From contig JAUCBJ010007152.1 in NCBI GenBank assembly GCA_032718475.1, forward strand, positions 9,381 through 73,380: a stretch of 64,000 nt of DNA, given 5' to 3'. Below are positions 23,550 through 36,366 of this stretch, in pieces. The notes below the pieces were generated by a model, which had not been told where the DNA came from, did no database searches, and saw only the letters and a program-made list of their open reading frames with translations. Source of the DNA: Nemertoderma westbladi. Its lineage: Eukaryota > Animalia > Xenacoelomorpha. Made by a program: the position numbers and the translations under genes. Every line of letters starts with the position of its first letter. Position 1 is the first letter of the stretch.

Positions 23550-24990
23550 AGCACCTTAGAAATTAGCGCTGCGAGTTAATTGTTTAGTTTTTATACAGAA
23601 GAACAATACCGGTACAACATTTGCTACACCCGTACATGGGAGAAGAAAGATACCAGTACAGCGGTACTATACAATCATTGAATACCGGTACCCTACCTGC
23701 CTACACTTACCGCTAGGCCTATTATCACTCATATATTTATCGTTTATCGTTAACAATTGTATATATATTAGGTAGAGGGTCCATTTTAGCTTTAGGCCAC
23801 ATATTAGTTGTATAGTTTATTTAATTATTTCTCACTGTCTTATAGACTGCTAAGAATTCGTATTTGTATTTGTGGGGCCACGAAGTGAGCGAAGCCTTAG
23901 CATATGGGTGCCATTAACGAGTTGTCTGTCATCGTCGTCGTCTTTCCGTCATCGTCATCATCGTAAATTTTGGATGGCTAATAACTCGGTTATTCCTTGA
24001 TGAAATTAAACGAAACTTGGTACGTATGTAGTCCGGCAAAAGTTTAGAAAGAATCAGAAGTTTGGTAAAAAAAACGAACGAATGTAACGAGTTTACATTG
24101 GATACGAGTATCCATTTGCCATAAAAAAGCAGTTACTCTCACAGTTTCGAGACTTTGCATAGTTATAAAGGTCATTAGTCTCCGTGTAGGAATATTATTT
24201 TAAGACAAAACAGGACGAGCGCAACGAGGCTAATGTAGGATAAGAGTATTTTTAAAACTAAAAATGTCATACTTAACTTAAATAGTGTAAACAGATTCAA
24301 TTCCCTGCACTACCCAGCGGAAAATGGAGAAAGTGGCTTTTTACCAATTATAGTTGGCCAGGTGACATTAGTAATATAATGTCACCTAATAACCAACACA
24401 GGCAATACACATTGCCAGCCACAAGCAGAGATGAGAGGCCGTAAACCATCTCAAGGGGACAAAGGGGCTATCACATAGGGATAATGGCACCACCATATGA
24501 AGAGATTATAGGTTAGCCAATGATGGGTCAGAAAACCATCTATCTGATTATTACTTTAAAACTGTTAAATCTGATTATTGGCTAGGCCACCTAATAGTAG
24601 GAATATTCAATATGTGTTAGTAATATAACCGTTACACTTATTACTTGTTATTCAGTTGGTCTGTGTAAAGTTGGGAAGCAAGACGGTTTTAACTGTTGTC
24701 CTCGTCTTTAACCGTGCTATTATTATGTTCTGCTTGTGCTATTATTATATTCTGACATTATGAACAACTGCCACTAAAACTCACTTGGCTATTATTCAAC
24801 CGGCCTTCGGCCTTACAGACTCAGATATTGCTAAGCCTTTCAGCAGCCCACGGACGCAGCGACGCGTATAGCCCGAAAGCGAACACATCTGGTCGGGATT
24901 CCCACGCCAACTCAGGAATCCCTTCACAGTTAAAACTGCTTAGTGAAACTTCAAACTCAAAGAAACTGTGACGAAAACACGCCAATGACA

Positions 24991-27900
24991 ATGAGCGAAC
25001 AACAGCCCCAAGGTCCAGAGGGAGAAGGAAGACCACCGCGCACCCCGAGCGATAGAGACCAAACGATTCGGGAGCCTGCGACGAGGCGGTACCGGCCCAC
25101 CACACCAGATTCGCCAAGGAGAGAGGGTTTGGTGGTTGAAGAGGACAGCGGCCGAGTAGAGGGGAAGAGGGATATGAGTCGGAGCGAGATCAGAGTGACG
25201 AACACAGTACCGGAGTCGTACGGCCTACCAGTGGCCGAGGGCGGCGAGCGGCCCACTGAAATGACAACGGTGGGGCCGACGGTACGACCTCGGACGAGGA
25301 GAGAAGGTCAAGTTCAGGGGGAAGACATCGGGACGAGCGATCGCCTACGATGAGGGTACAATGCCATGAGGAAGCTACTAAAGGATGCTAAGACCGGAGG
25401 AAAGGTAGACCAGCCCAAGTTGTACCGGAGACTCGGTGAGTGCAATAAACATTTCCACTACCTAGTCTGGTTTGTGCAGGGGGAACTAGCATGTGAGAGG
25501 GCGAGGGGGGTCGCCTCAGAACTGTTCGAATTGTGTCGATCCAAGATAATACCACCTGGTATAGTTTACGTAGGGCCTTATCTAGTGGATGCACGGGAAT
25601 TAAGTTAGTGGGATGGGCGGATTCACACGATGCTGAACCCGAGGTTAACCCTGTAGATTCGGTGTCGTCAGTTAGTAGAAATGCTAGCAAGCACAGCAAA
25701 ATTAGTAGAATGAACAGGCAATGGGAGTCTGTCGCAACCGAAATGTCCGCTACATCCTCCGCAAAAGCAAGAAAGATGTTAGAGATAGATCTGGCGTGTC
25801 AGATAGACATAGTTGCGTTAGACCAAAATGAGTTAGAGAGACAGTTGGATGATGGGACTGCATTGTTAGAAAGGAAAAGGGAGTTAGCGAGAGAATGTAA
25901 AGAGAGGGCCGAGAAAGTGGCTAGAGAGTATAGAGAGAGGGCTGCAAGGGAAGCAAACGAGTATAGAGAAAGGGTTGAGAGGGAAGTTGAGTTTAAAGAA
26001 CGGGAGGTGAGTGAAGTGAACGAGCGTAAAGAGTGAGAAGCGAGAGAAACAGAGTTAGCCGACCAGAGTATTAGAGAGGACAGAGAGAGAGAAAGGGCTG
26101 GCAAAAGAATGCGGGTTGAAATGCATACCTGGTTGAGGGGGTTAATGCAGGATCAGGCGAAACAAAAGCACCGATTAGAACTGGCAAAACTGGGTTTATC
26201 AGCGAGTGAGGCTGGTTTGATAAGTATTTATGAGGAACCAGGGGTCATGGAAACCTTTGTTAATACTCCACTTACAGGGACTGGATGGCAAACACAAGAC
26301 TGGTGTAACCAGACGGATGGGGGGGGGGGGGGGGGCTAATGACATTACGTTTAATGAGAAGGTTAATATTAATAATACCGTACTTAATAATCCTAATACT
26401 AATGAGGGTACTTTTCTTACAGGAAATAATGTTTTGATGAATAATAATAATATTAATGCTGGTACGGTAAATAATTCAAATAATTGAGTAAACGTATAAT
26501 TGAGTACAAGGCCGCGTGGAAACGCAGGTCAATGAACCCAGGGAAACTACAAGCGACGTATCGACTGGAAGAGAGCATGGGAGAGAGGGGAATGGGGAGC
26601 AACCAGAAGTGACAGGTGGGGGGGGGGTGGCTACGGGCACTCCACCACAACCAGTTATTGATGAGAGGGGGGGGGGGGGCAATAAATTCCCTACAGATGT
26701 CAGTGGGAAATGCGCATAGTGAGTCAAGTGAACCGGAGAATAGAGGAGAATGGAGGAGAATAGAGGGTCAGCAAATATCTACGAGGCCGTACAACCGGGT
26801 AGGGGAAGAAGCATTCATGCCGTAAATGGCCAAACGAGAGAATGTCGAACCCATTCGGAAGATGGAAGGAGAAGAGTAGGGTTCATCCGGGAGGTCGATA
26901 CGAGATCTCATGAATGTAGATATAACGCCGGAAGTAAAGGATGTGAGGGGGTCGATAGGGATAAGCAAGGAAATGTTGCTACGGGCAACCAGAGGTGTTG
27001 AGATAGGACGGACAGTGAACCGTCGATAGTTGAAGTGGAGGGAGAGAACCGGTGGGGTTGCACTTCGGGAGATTGCCATAGCCCCGAAGGAACACAGCCT
27101 GGCAATGTATATTACACACTGGGAGAGGGGTATAGAATATACCGAGATGAAGTAGATGAGAGAAGAAGGGATTGAAGGGCAACTCCCATTTGGAATGTAA
27201 CTGCTGATCGACGATATGGTGGTTGCAGGGAGGAGTTCTCGGAATATTCGAGAAGATTAAACTTTGGTCAGGAGGACCACATTCAGACTGCAGTACATAC
27301 TGCAGGTCTTACTGAACATACTATAGGCTATTCTGAGAGAGATAGTGTAGGTGATAGGGTAACGCGAATGCCAGGATTGGACCCAGAAGTCGCGGCTTAC
27401 ATACCGGTGAGTTTATATCATGTCCCCACCACAATGTCTAAACGGTGGATAGTGAGGTCTCACTCTAGTGGTTGACAATGGTGCCATTTCCTATATGGCC
27501 CTCTCCTTATTCATCCGCTGACATGTCTGGCACTGCCTCACTACTGCCTTTACCATCTTTCTAAGTTGAGTTACCTAGTACTTCCTCCTGATCTCGTTTA
27601 AGGTCGCATTAGTACCACCATGAATTATGGTCTTATGGGCGTCCCATATAATCTGGTGAACTATTGGTAACTTGTTAGGAATTATTACTGGTTTTGGTGG
27701 AACCAAGGCATTGGTGTTATTGGCCACTCTGGAATTCATTACCAGGATTCCATCCTCATCCAGTTGCGGCGACAGTGTGTGGATCCTGCTGTCTTGTCGA
27801 AGACGTTGTTGGTTCTTAATATGTTTAGTTTTGTCTTCGAATGCCTTACCTTGCTCGTATCATATTACGACTTTGACAGCTCCTTCAAGATCAATGGTAG

Positions 27901-28720
27901 GTTTGGATTTCCCAACGTACCAGCTCCCCCAAGGAATTCTCCATAAGCTCTCAGATATGCCACTAGCTTCTTAGTCTTATACCAGATAAAGGTGTAACTG
28001 CGTAACCTATCCTTTGGATTATCGTTTGATTCTATCGTCTTAGATTGTGATGGCGTTTCCTTAATCTCCCTCGCTAACTGGCTGAATATCTCTTCTCCCT
28101 CCGATTCGTTTCCCTCATCCTCCACTATTACTTCCTCTCCCTTTGGATTTACCTTCCTCATTGGTGGCCACTTCGACCTATCGTTGAGGAAGTGTGGACC
28201 ATGCTGCCACAACTCTTGCTTTCCCAAGAAAGCATGGTGTTGTATGCCTCTCGATAGCAAGCTGATGGCATATCGATGGCATATCTGAGAGCTTACGGAG
28301 AATTCCTTAGGGGAGCTGGTACGTTGGGAAATCCAAACCTACCATTGATCTTGAAGGAGCTGCCAAAGTCGTAATATGATACAAGCAAGGTAAGGCATTC
28401 AGAGACAAAACTAAACATTTTAAGAATTATTGGAAAAGGTGGATTCAAGAGTACCTACCAACGATGTACAAAAGAAGCAAGTGGAGAAATAATCAGAGGA
28501 AGCTTAAGAATGATGATTTAATAATTGTGACATGATATGATCATCAACAATCACTGGAGGCTGGCCAGGGTAGTTCAATGTTACTCTGGTGACGATGGAA
28601 AGATTAGATCCGTGGAGGTCAGGATCGGAGGAAAGATTGGGGCAAAGGATAGGAAGACCTACAGGAGGGCAGTAGGAAAGTCCATAAATTGTCCAATCGT
28701 CCAATAAATTGGACTGTGGA
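24991..28720 (+). mobile_element. Second BEL/Pao remnant, deleted and internally inverted
   Basis: Decayed gag-like coiled-coil ORFs on +. RNase H end (SRG..LWQHGPHFL) and integrase Zn-binding region on - (about 27470-28260). Integrase C-terminus YWKRWIQEYLP, DDGKIRSVEV on + (28425-28700). Confidence 0.75.
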
Positions 28721-28789
28721 GTGGGAATGAGGGTGAAACACCCTTCCCACACAAATGAAGCATAAAAATAATAAAATAAAAATATAATT

Positions 28790-29230
28790 ATGTACATACG
28801 TCCGATGAGTACAAACATACTAACGTACATACATACATCTGATGAGTACACCTGTACTAAGGTACATACTATTTAGGTTTAGAGGAACATTACATACATC
28901 TGATGATTACAAATGTAGTAACATACATAGAAGGTACATCCGATGAGTACACCTGTACTAACATATAGAATATATAGGAATAGATGGACATAATTACATA
29001 TGCTCAATGAGTACAACCATACTGACATACACACACACGTACGTCTGATGAGTACACATGTACTAATGTACATAATTACATAAGCACTAATGCCAGGTCA
29101 ATGGGACCAATTAGTAGTACATAATACATACTATATTTAGGATTAGATAAGTACACATTACGTACGTCTGATGAGCACTAAGTGCTAACGTACATAATAT
29201 GCACTAACGCCGGGTCAATGTGACCATATA
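28790..29230. repeat. Degenerate tandem repeats (acatacatctgatgagtaca... units); array continues after the Polinton at 47910-47965
   Basis: Repeated gatgagtaca..tactaa. The unit taatgcc(a/g)ggtcaatgggaccaa occurs at about 29086, 29205 (degenerate) and 47921. Confidence 0.75.
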
Positions 29231-29958
29231 AGTAGTATATGTTTGTATGACACAGCATCAAGGTCACCCATAGCCCATCATTACCATCCATTTCCAGTAC
29301 TGCATCCAATCAGAAGCCACCATTTCAACCTTTACCAGTGGTCGTTATTATTTCATCCAATCAGATGCCAGCATTTCATTCGTAACCATGGTAACTTCTC
29401 AAGTTCCCGCTTATTCCGCTAGAGGCGTTATTAGTCACCCAACGCTAGTACTGCATCCAATCACCAACCTTTATTTTACAGGTGTTCGGGTGTCTACACT
29501 TAGCATCAGGTAACTTCTACTATTTTTCAAATCGCTATTTTTCAGCAACCAGTATTTTCATATTCACCAACCTTTATTTTACAGACGCTAGGGATGTCTA
29601 CAGGTAACTTCTACTATTTTTCAAATCGCTATTTTTCACCAACCAGTATTTTCATATTCACCAACCTTTATTTTACAGACGCTAGAGGTGTCTACATGTA
29701 ACTTCTACTATTTTTCAAATCGCTATTTTTCACCAACCACTATTTTCATATTCACCAACCTTTATTTTACAGGTGCTACGAGTGTCTACAGGTAACTTCT
29801 ACTATTTTTCACCAGTAACTAAATTTAATTTTGCAATTTTTTCAGATAACAAAATATTCAACCGGGTTCGAACTCGGGACTGCTATAACTCCTCACAACT
29901 CACTACTCACTCTTCCATCCAACCTCGAGAGAAAAAGGCGATAAATATCCGAGTTATA
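29231..29958 (+). repeat. Polinton left TIR (728 bp, four internal about 94-bp units)
   Basis: Reverse complement of 47371-47909 plus two extra units; unit starts at 29462, 29565, 29659, 29753. Confidence 0.95.
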
Positions 29959-30684
29959 ACAAAATATTCAATCGATGATTGATATGATATGATATTGTAC
30001 TGTACAGTACGTAGCCTAACCTAACCATCCAATCGTATACCTACCGTAGCTATGATGGTTACTCTTCCTTTCACTTTTTTTCTCTCCCTCTCTCTCTTTA
30101 GTGTTGTTTATTATTGATTGATTGTTGTCATCTCAATGATTTCCTATCCACCCTCCCACCCGGTACTTGTCCACGTTGCTGTACCATCTTGTTTTGCCAC
30201 ATTTCTCAACTCACTCTTCCATCCAACCACGAGAGAAAAAGGCAATAAATATCTGAGTTATACCATAGTCATTGAATTCTTCATCTTCATCACTGGTAGC
30301 AGATGTTTATAAATAGCATCTAGTCCCTTAACATAATTACTATAGCATAGAATACATTAATTCGACTATTAATAATAATCGATTTCTTTTATCATTGTAT
30401 ATGTGACTGGTCGGTCAACTAAGTTGAATATAAGTTAGACATTGTTCACGTTGCATCTGTTACTCGTTACTGCTATTTCACTCTCTAACTCACGCTAATG
30501 TAATAAATCAACCATTAACCTAGAAGGATAATTTTAGCTGTACACTTGCATCTGTTACACGAAACTACTATATTATTCACTGTAAGTCACTCTGTTGTAA
30601 TAAAGCAACCATATAAACTGAAGTTTTACATTCTAATAATCATTTATTTAGTTTTTATTTTTCAAAATAGTTTTCATTCTAATT

Positions 30685-31729
30685 TTGGATTTATTTAAAA
30701 AAAGTTCAAGCAATACTTGGAAATTTACATGTAATAAATATACCTGTAGTATTGTTTATGGCAAGTACTTTATATTACACTCAAGCGATAGCAATGTAAC
30801 AACATGCTTCTCTTACCGGGATACACTCTACCTTCTAGACACCTTAGAAATATTAATCAACCGACAAAAGGAATCATCAGTTTCAAGAGGTAATATTTAT
30901 CCTAATATAGAATTTACAAGAGGAAAGTTAAATATTTCCACCTGCGTTATTACTGAAAACGTATATATTCAGAAGCGAGGCAAATGTCAAATTCTAAACA
31001 AATCACTCATTAATTTATTGCTTCAGAGTAAGACAAAAATATTAGAATTGTTATCACCACCACTCGAAATAATAAATCAGTATTATGTTGTTAATTTAAC
31101 CAATCCATCTTTTGTTGGTTTGGTAAGCAAATATAAAGGAACGGCTTATATGGGACTATGGGAGATTTCAGCTAGATATTCTGATGCTATTGGTCTTAGG
31201 GTATTATAATGGGTTTAACTTAACAGCATCGGAAGTAAATTCATTGTGGTATGAATGGAATTATGAAATTAGTAACGAAGGTGTCTCTTCAGAGCTAGAT
31301 ACGAGCGATAAAGCTTTATCTGACCGACTTAAAGTAAAAATAAATGTACAAGAAAAAAAAGTAATTATTACAGACAAGGAAAGCAAATATTTACAGTTAC
31401 ATTACGATAAAGACATACCACATATAGAGTTTCTCAACGATATGATGGAAAAGGTTTCATCAACTGATATAGCAGATGGTTTCGTGATTCTATATCAACC
31501 AACTTGGAAGTTTAAGGTTAATAAGTCATTTCCAGAAGCAGTTTCATCCACATTTAATCCAAAAACATACATCGAAGAGACATCGAGTGATAGAAAGCTC
31601 AGATCTACGTCTCAAACATCTTCCAATCCCAACAATGATTCTATACCTACAAAGAAAAGAAAAGTTACAAAAGCAAGTGAAGAGGTAGCAGATTACAATA
31701 AGGAACATATAAAAGCAGTATCAGATTGA
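30685..31729 (+). pseudogene. Putative PC4-like ssDNA-binding/coactivator-fold protein, frameshifted near 31200
   Basis: VGLVSKYKGTAYMGLWE ... GFNLTASEVNSL resembles the PC4 pattern V.V.EFKG...I.IRE...GI.L....W..L; the C-terminus has an NLS-like PTKKRK. Confidence 0.5.
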
Positions 31730-32280
31730 TTTATTATTAACTAGAGACTTTTTTTTCAGTTTCACACTGACTAGTAAAGGTAACTTTTTTACACAAAGCA
31801 TGATTATTATTTAGTAGATGAGTAAATTCTTTATTGAGTAAATATTGGTGATAGTTTATATTTAATGTGAGCATGGGATTAGGTATAAAACATTCGCAAG
31901 TAAATGCATGAGTTTATACCTGATATTATAATAAAACATTAGCATGTAAAACCTACTTTATCAATGAAAATTAAAAACGCATTATGCACATCTTGGTTTA
32001 GACTTGATTTTATTATAAAGAATTCAGTTGTAAAAGCAACTTTATTTATGATATTAGTTTCCAATGTAACTGTTATTTATGATTGGTTGGTATAAGTAGA
32101 AACTTGAAATATATATAAAGAGCTCAACTGATTCAATCGAGCTCATTCTGAAAATATTAAATTAATTAAAGTTTAGATATTATATTTTATTTGTGTTGAG
32201 TAGCTTATGAATTTTTTTTTGATTATATATATACTACAATATTCATATTAATTTTAAATTGTTTTTAGGATAATAAAGAG

Positions 32281-35200
32281 ATGGATAAACAATTGAAATG
32301 TCCATTTTGTCCTCTTCAAATTTCTAAACGAAATTATTTAACTCACTTGAAATCACATTTTCAAGAATACAATTGTTTTAATTGTCAAGTGAAATGTTCA
32401 CGTGAAGAAATTTGCAAATGACATGAATCAACTACGGGTTGTAAAGAAATGAAGTTTTGCGTGTATGAAAAAACTTGCCCTACTTGTAATAAAGAGTATT
32501 TATATGAGAATTATTTACATCATGACTGTCACCAACGTTATTATCATGTTAGACCACCACGATGGAACCAAAACAATACTGTCGCATCTAGAAAAAGACT
32601 GAAATCTGGTCAAGGTCCATCAATTTTTAGCCTCGAACGAGCCACACACGATAACCGTTTAGAAATCTATGTTTACAATCTTCCGAATGATGAAGATTTT
32701 CCTGATATTCATTCATCGATACTAAAAATTCTTCCTCATATTAAAAAGTTATTATTAGGAAAACTTAGCGAAATGAATGTACTTAGACCCTGGCTAGGTG
32801 TGAATATACTCATGTATCGATCACATTTTTCAGAGGGTGACCAAGAAGAAACTTTCTATTTTAGTTCTTCAGGTGGTGCAGTTAATACCGTAGATTCACA
32901 TGAAAGTTTCTATATTTGGTTTGAGTATGTACTAGAAAAATTAATGCAAAAAATAGCCATGTTTAACACTCGTGGCTCAGGGTGGCGCGTTAAATCTTTA
33001 TTAAGAGTGGAAATTAAAGTAGCTGAATCCAAGTCTAAGTCACTGGAATATAAAGGTCACGGTTATATGGAGTTACCTAAGGCTCTATCGAGTAAACAAT
33101 GTGTTATAAATATACAAACGGCTGATAATGACTATTTCAAATGGGCTATTATAGCCACAAAATTTAGTAGCAAAGTGAAGATAAACAAAAACCGTACTTC
33201 GTCATACACAGATTACATGAATCATTTGATTTTTGACAATGGGAACAAAGATTATCCAACAGAATGGCAGCTTGCAATTAAACTTTTTGAAAAACAGGAT
33301 TCAGCATATATAATTAATTTATTACTCTACGACAACAATCGAGTATCTATATTAAGACAGGCACCATTTAGTAAAATCACTCCAGATAAAGAGTTATTGA
33401 ATATATTACTTGTAAAAAATAAGAATAAATCAAAACAATCACATTATGTTTGCATAACTAACTTGAATCGCTTGATGAATACAAGAGGTAAGCATATTGG
33501 ATGTAGGAAATATTGTGAACGGTGTTTGACGCATTTTTACAGCAAGGATGTTCTAGAATTTCACCGTCTTACTTGTTATCAAGGAAAAAGTCAAGTTGAG
33601 AAGCTACCGTCTGAAAAAAGAACTCACATTAGCTTTAGAAATTTAGACAGAATATTACCAGCATTGTTTGTAATATATTTTGACATAGAATCTATTTTGG
33701 AGCCAGCTAGCAACAGTAAATTTATTCAGAATCATATTCCATGCGCTGTAAGTTATTTAATTGTCCCTAGTAGCGAATTAATCAATCCACCAAAATTTTA
33801 TTTGAAGACCTTTACAAAAACAATTGACAACAACTGTATTCAAGACTTTTTAGACTCTGTATATAATGACATCACCCAATTATATAAGTGGTCAGAAACT
33901 AACACGAGAGAAAAGATGATACTTAATGATGTAGATAAGTTAAGTTTTTGGGAAGCTAAAACTTGCTTTTATTGCAATGTTTTATTTAAGGATAAATCTG
34001 AGAAAACAAACATCACGCACATATTACTGGTAACTATATAGCAGCAGCTTGTAACGCATGTAACCGCTCTTTATCGTTGAAACGACACATGTATATACTC
34101 GCTGCACACAACTGCAATCACTACGATTTGCATTTTCTTTTACAAGTTGGGTTTACCAATAACAGATATTCCGATTGGTATATAAAGGTAATCCCTAAAA
34201 ATTCTGAAAGGTATATTTCACTAAGTATGCATATACCGGTGAAAGATCAAAAAACTAAAATTGAGCTATGTGTCTTAGACACATATCAATTTTTATCCTT
34301 TTCCCTAAGTACCCTTAAGTATACTAAGTTATAGTTACTACTAAGTAGTATTAAGTATTAAGTTACTACTAAGTTATCCTTTTCCCTTTGTTGATTGTTC
34401 AACAAAGGATATAGATAGCGAGGATATAACATCAGTTCTACCAATTACTGAACAGCAAATGAAATATTTTTATCCGAAATTAAATAATGCAACAATTAAA
34501 CGAAAAGGTATATTTCCCTACGAGTATCTGACAGATTTAAATAAATTCAATGATTCGAAATTACCATCAATAGACAAATTTTATAGTAAATTAACACAAA
34601 ATACCTGTACATCCAAGGAATATAGTTTTGCCAACACATCATGGAGTCAGTTTGACTGTTCAAATCTCAAGGATTATCTTTTAGCATACTTAAAACTCGA
34701 TGTTTGTCTCCTCGCTGATATATTTGAGAACTTTAGGAGAGTATGTAGACAAAACTACGAATTAAAAGTAGTTTATTATTGCAGTATCGCAGCTTTCACT
34801 TATGATTGCACCCTGAAATACAATAAATGTAAGTTAGCATTAATAAAAGATTACCAAACATATAGAGATTTTGAAGCATCTATTAGAGGAGGGGTTTCAT
34901 TCTGTCGAAAGCATTACATAGAATCAAATATACCAGATACTGATAGTTATGATCCAAGCAAGGAAGAGTGTCATATTTTCAATATAGATTTTAATTCCTT
35001 GTATTCGGGTAATTTAAGTAAAAAGCTACCTGTTTCAGGTTTTGAACAACTCAACGTTACATATTTAGAGAATGCTGCTCCAGAAGAACTAATAAACTAT
35101 TTAACAAATCTTGATACTGAAGGGGATATTGGGTTTTTCTTAATTTGTGATTTGAAATATCCCAAAGATATTCATGATCGTATATTAGAACTACCCTTAG

Positions 35201-36366
35201 CCCCAGAACATTTAAGTATAAATGAGACAATGCTTTCACCATATATGAAAGATCAATTTAATAATGTATGTAAACAAAGAGGTACTAATAGCAAGTATAA
35301 GATGTGTGCACCAAAACTTATATTGACACAATTCGATAAAGAATTCTATCATGTAAATTTAAAACTGTTAAAATTTTATATAAAACAAGGTTTAATTGTT
35401 ACTAAGCTCCATAAATTGTATTCTTTCCATCAAGACTTTGTATTTAAACCCTATATAGATTTTAATATTAATCAAAGACGTTTAGCAAAAACTTATATTG
35501 AAACAGTTGTTGCAAAGCTGCTGAATAACTCGTTATTTGGTAAAACAATAGAGAGGATACGAGATCGCTGTAATTTCCGTATCGCTAATAGCAATGAGAA
35601 ATGCAATCAATTGGTGAAACGTATAAATCACGAAAATTTCATGATTTATAACAATTCCTTATCGGGATACTTATTAGTGAAAGACAGCGTGACACTAGAT
35701 AAACCAGTCTATGTAGGTAGTACTGTCTTGGATTTAGCCAAACTTGATATGTATGAGCTGTACTACGATAAATTGCTACCTATTGAGAAAGAATTAAACT
35801 GCCGAATTGAAATTGTAGCATCAGATACAGACTCATTAATTGGTTGTTATTATAATACATCGCAGAATAATTTCTTAATAGCATTAATTAAAAATAATAT
35901 TCTAGATACCTCTAATTACCCCAAGGATCACCCTCTCTACAGCGATAAAAATAAATCCAGACTCTATTACTGTAAAGACGAGTTGTGCTCACAAGAGATT
36001 AAACAAGCAGTATTTTTACGTCCAAAGTTATATTCAATTTTGGAATGGAATAACAAAAATATTCGTAGAGCGAAAGGAATAACAAGAGCTGTCGTGGATA
36101 AAAAAATTTGCCACGAAGATTATTTAAGAGCATATAAGGATAACGAAGAAATTTCCAAGGAAACGCATCAATTTCAGAGTCAATTACACAAAGTGTACAC
36201 TGTAGCACGAGATAAGTTTGCTCTCAGCGCATTTGACGATAAACTTTATTGGGTTAATAAAAATCATTCACTTCCCTGGGGTCACTATCAAACAAAGGTT
36301 GTAAAACCAATTAAAAAAAATATACCTATTTATCGGGAGCCAAACAATGAACTATCAGATAGTTAA
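32281..36366 (+). pseudogene. Protein-primed family B DNA polymerase (pPolB) with N-terminal zinc fingers, terminal-protein/OTU-like region and HNH (EndoVII-like) insert; disrupted
   Basis: In-frame ATG at 32281, CPFC..H..H finger, TGA at 32419. RGSGW; exonuclease YFDIE, HNCNHYD, YLKLDV; HNH-like CFYC..HHAHITG..CNACN across a frameshift near 34010; 73-bp insertion 34317-34389; KGIFPY, DFNSLY, KLLNNSLFGK, SDTDS, PKLY, AKG. Confidence 0.95.

Noticed and set aside
23870-24300. Possible DINE/Helentron-like short element
   Set aside because: Only a vague resemblance; termini could not be defined
24361-24900. Possible 5' LTR/PBS of BEL remnant 2
   Set aside because: No second LTR and no convincing tRNA-complementary PBS
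28790-29230. CRISPR-like repeat/spacer appearance
   Set aside because: Degenerate eukaryotic tandem repeat with irregular units and no cas genes
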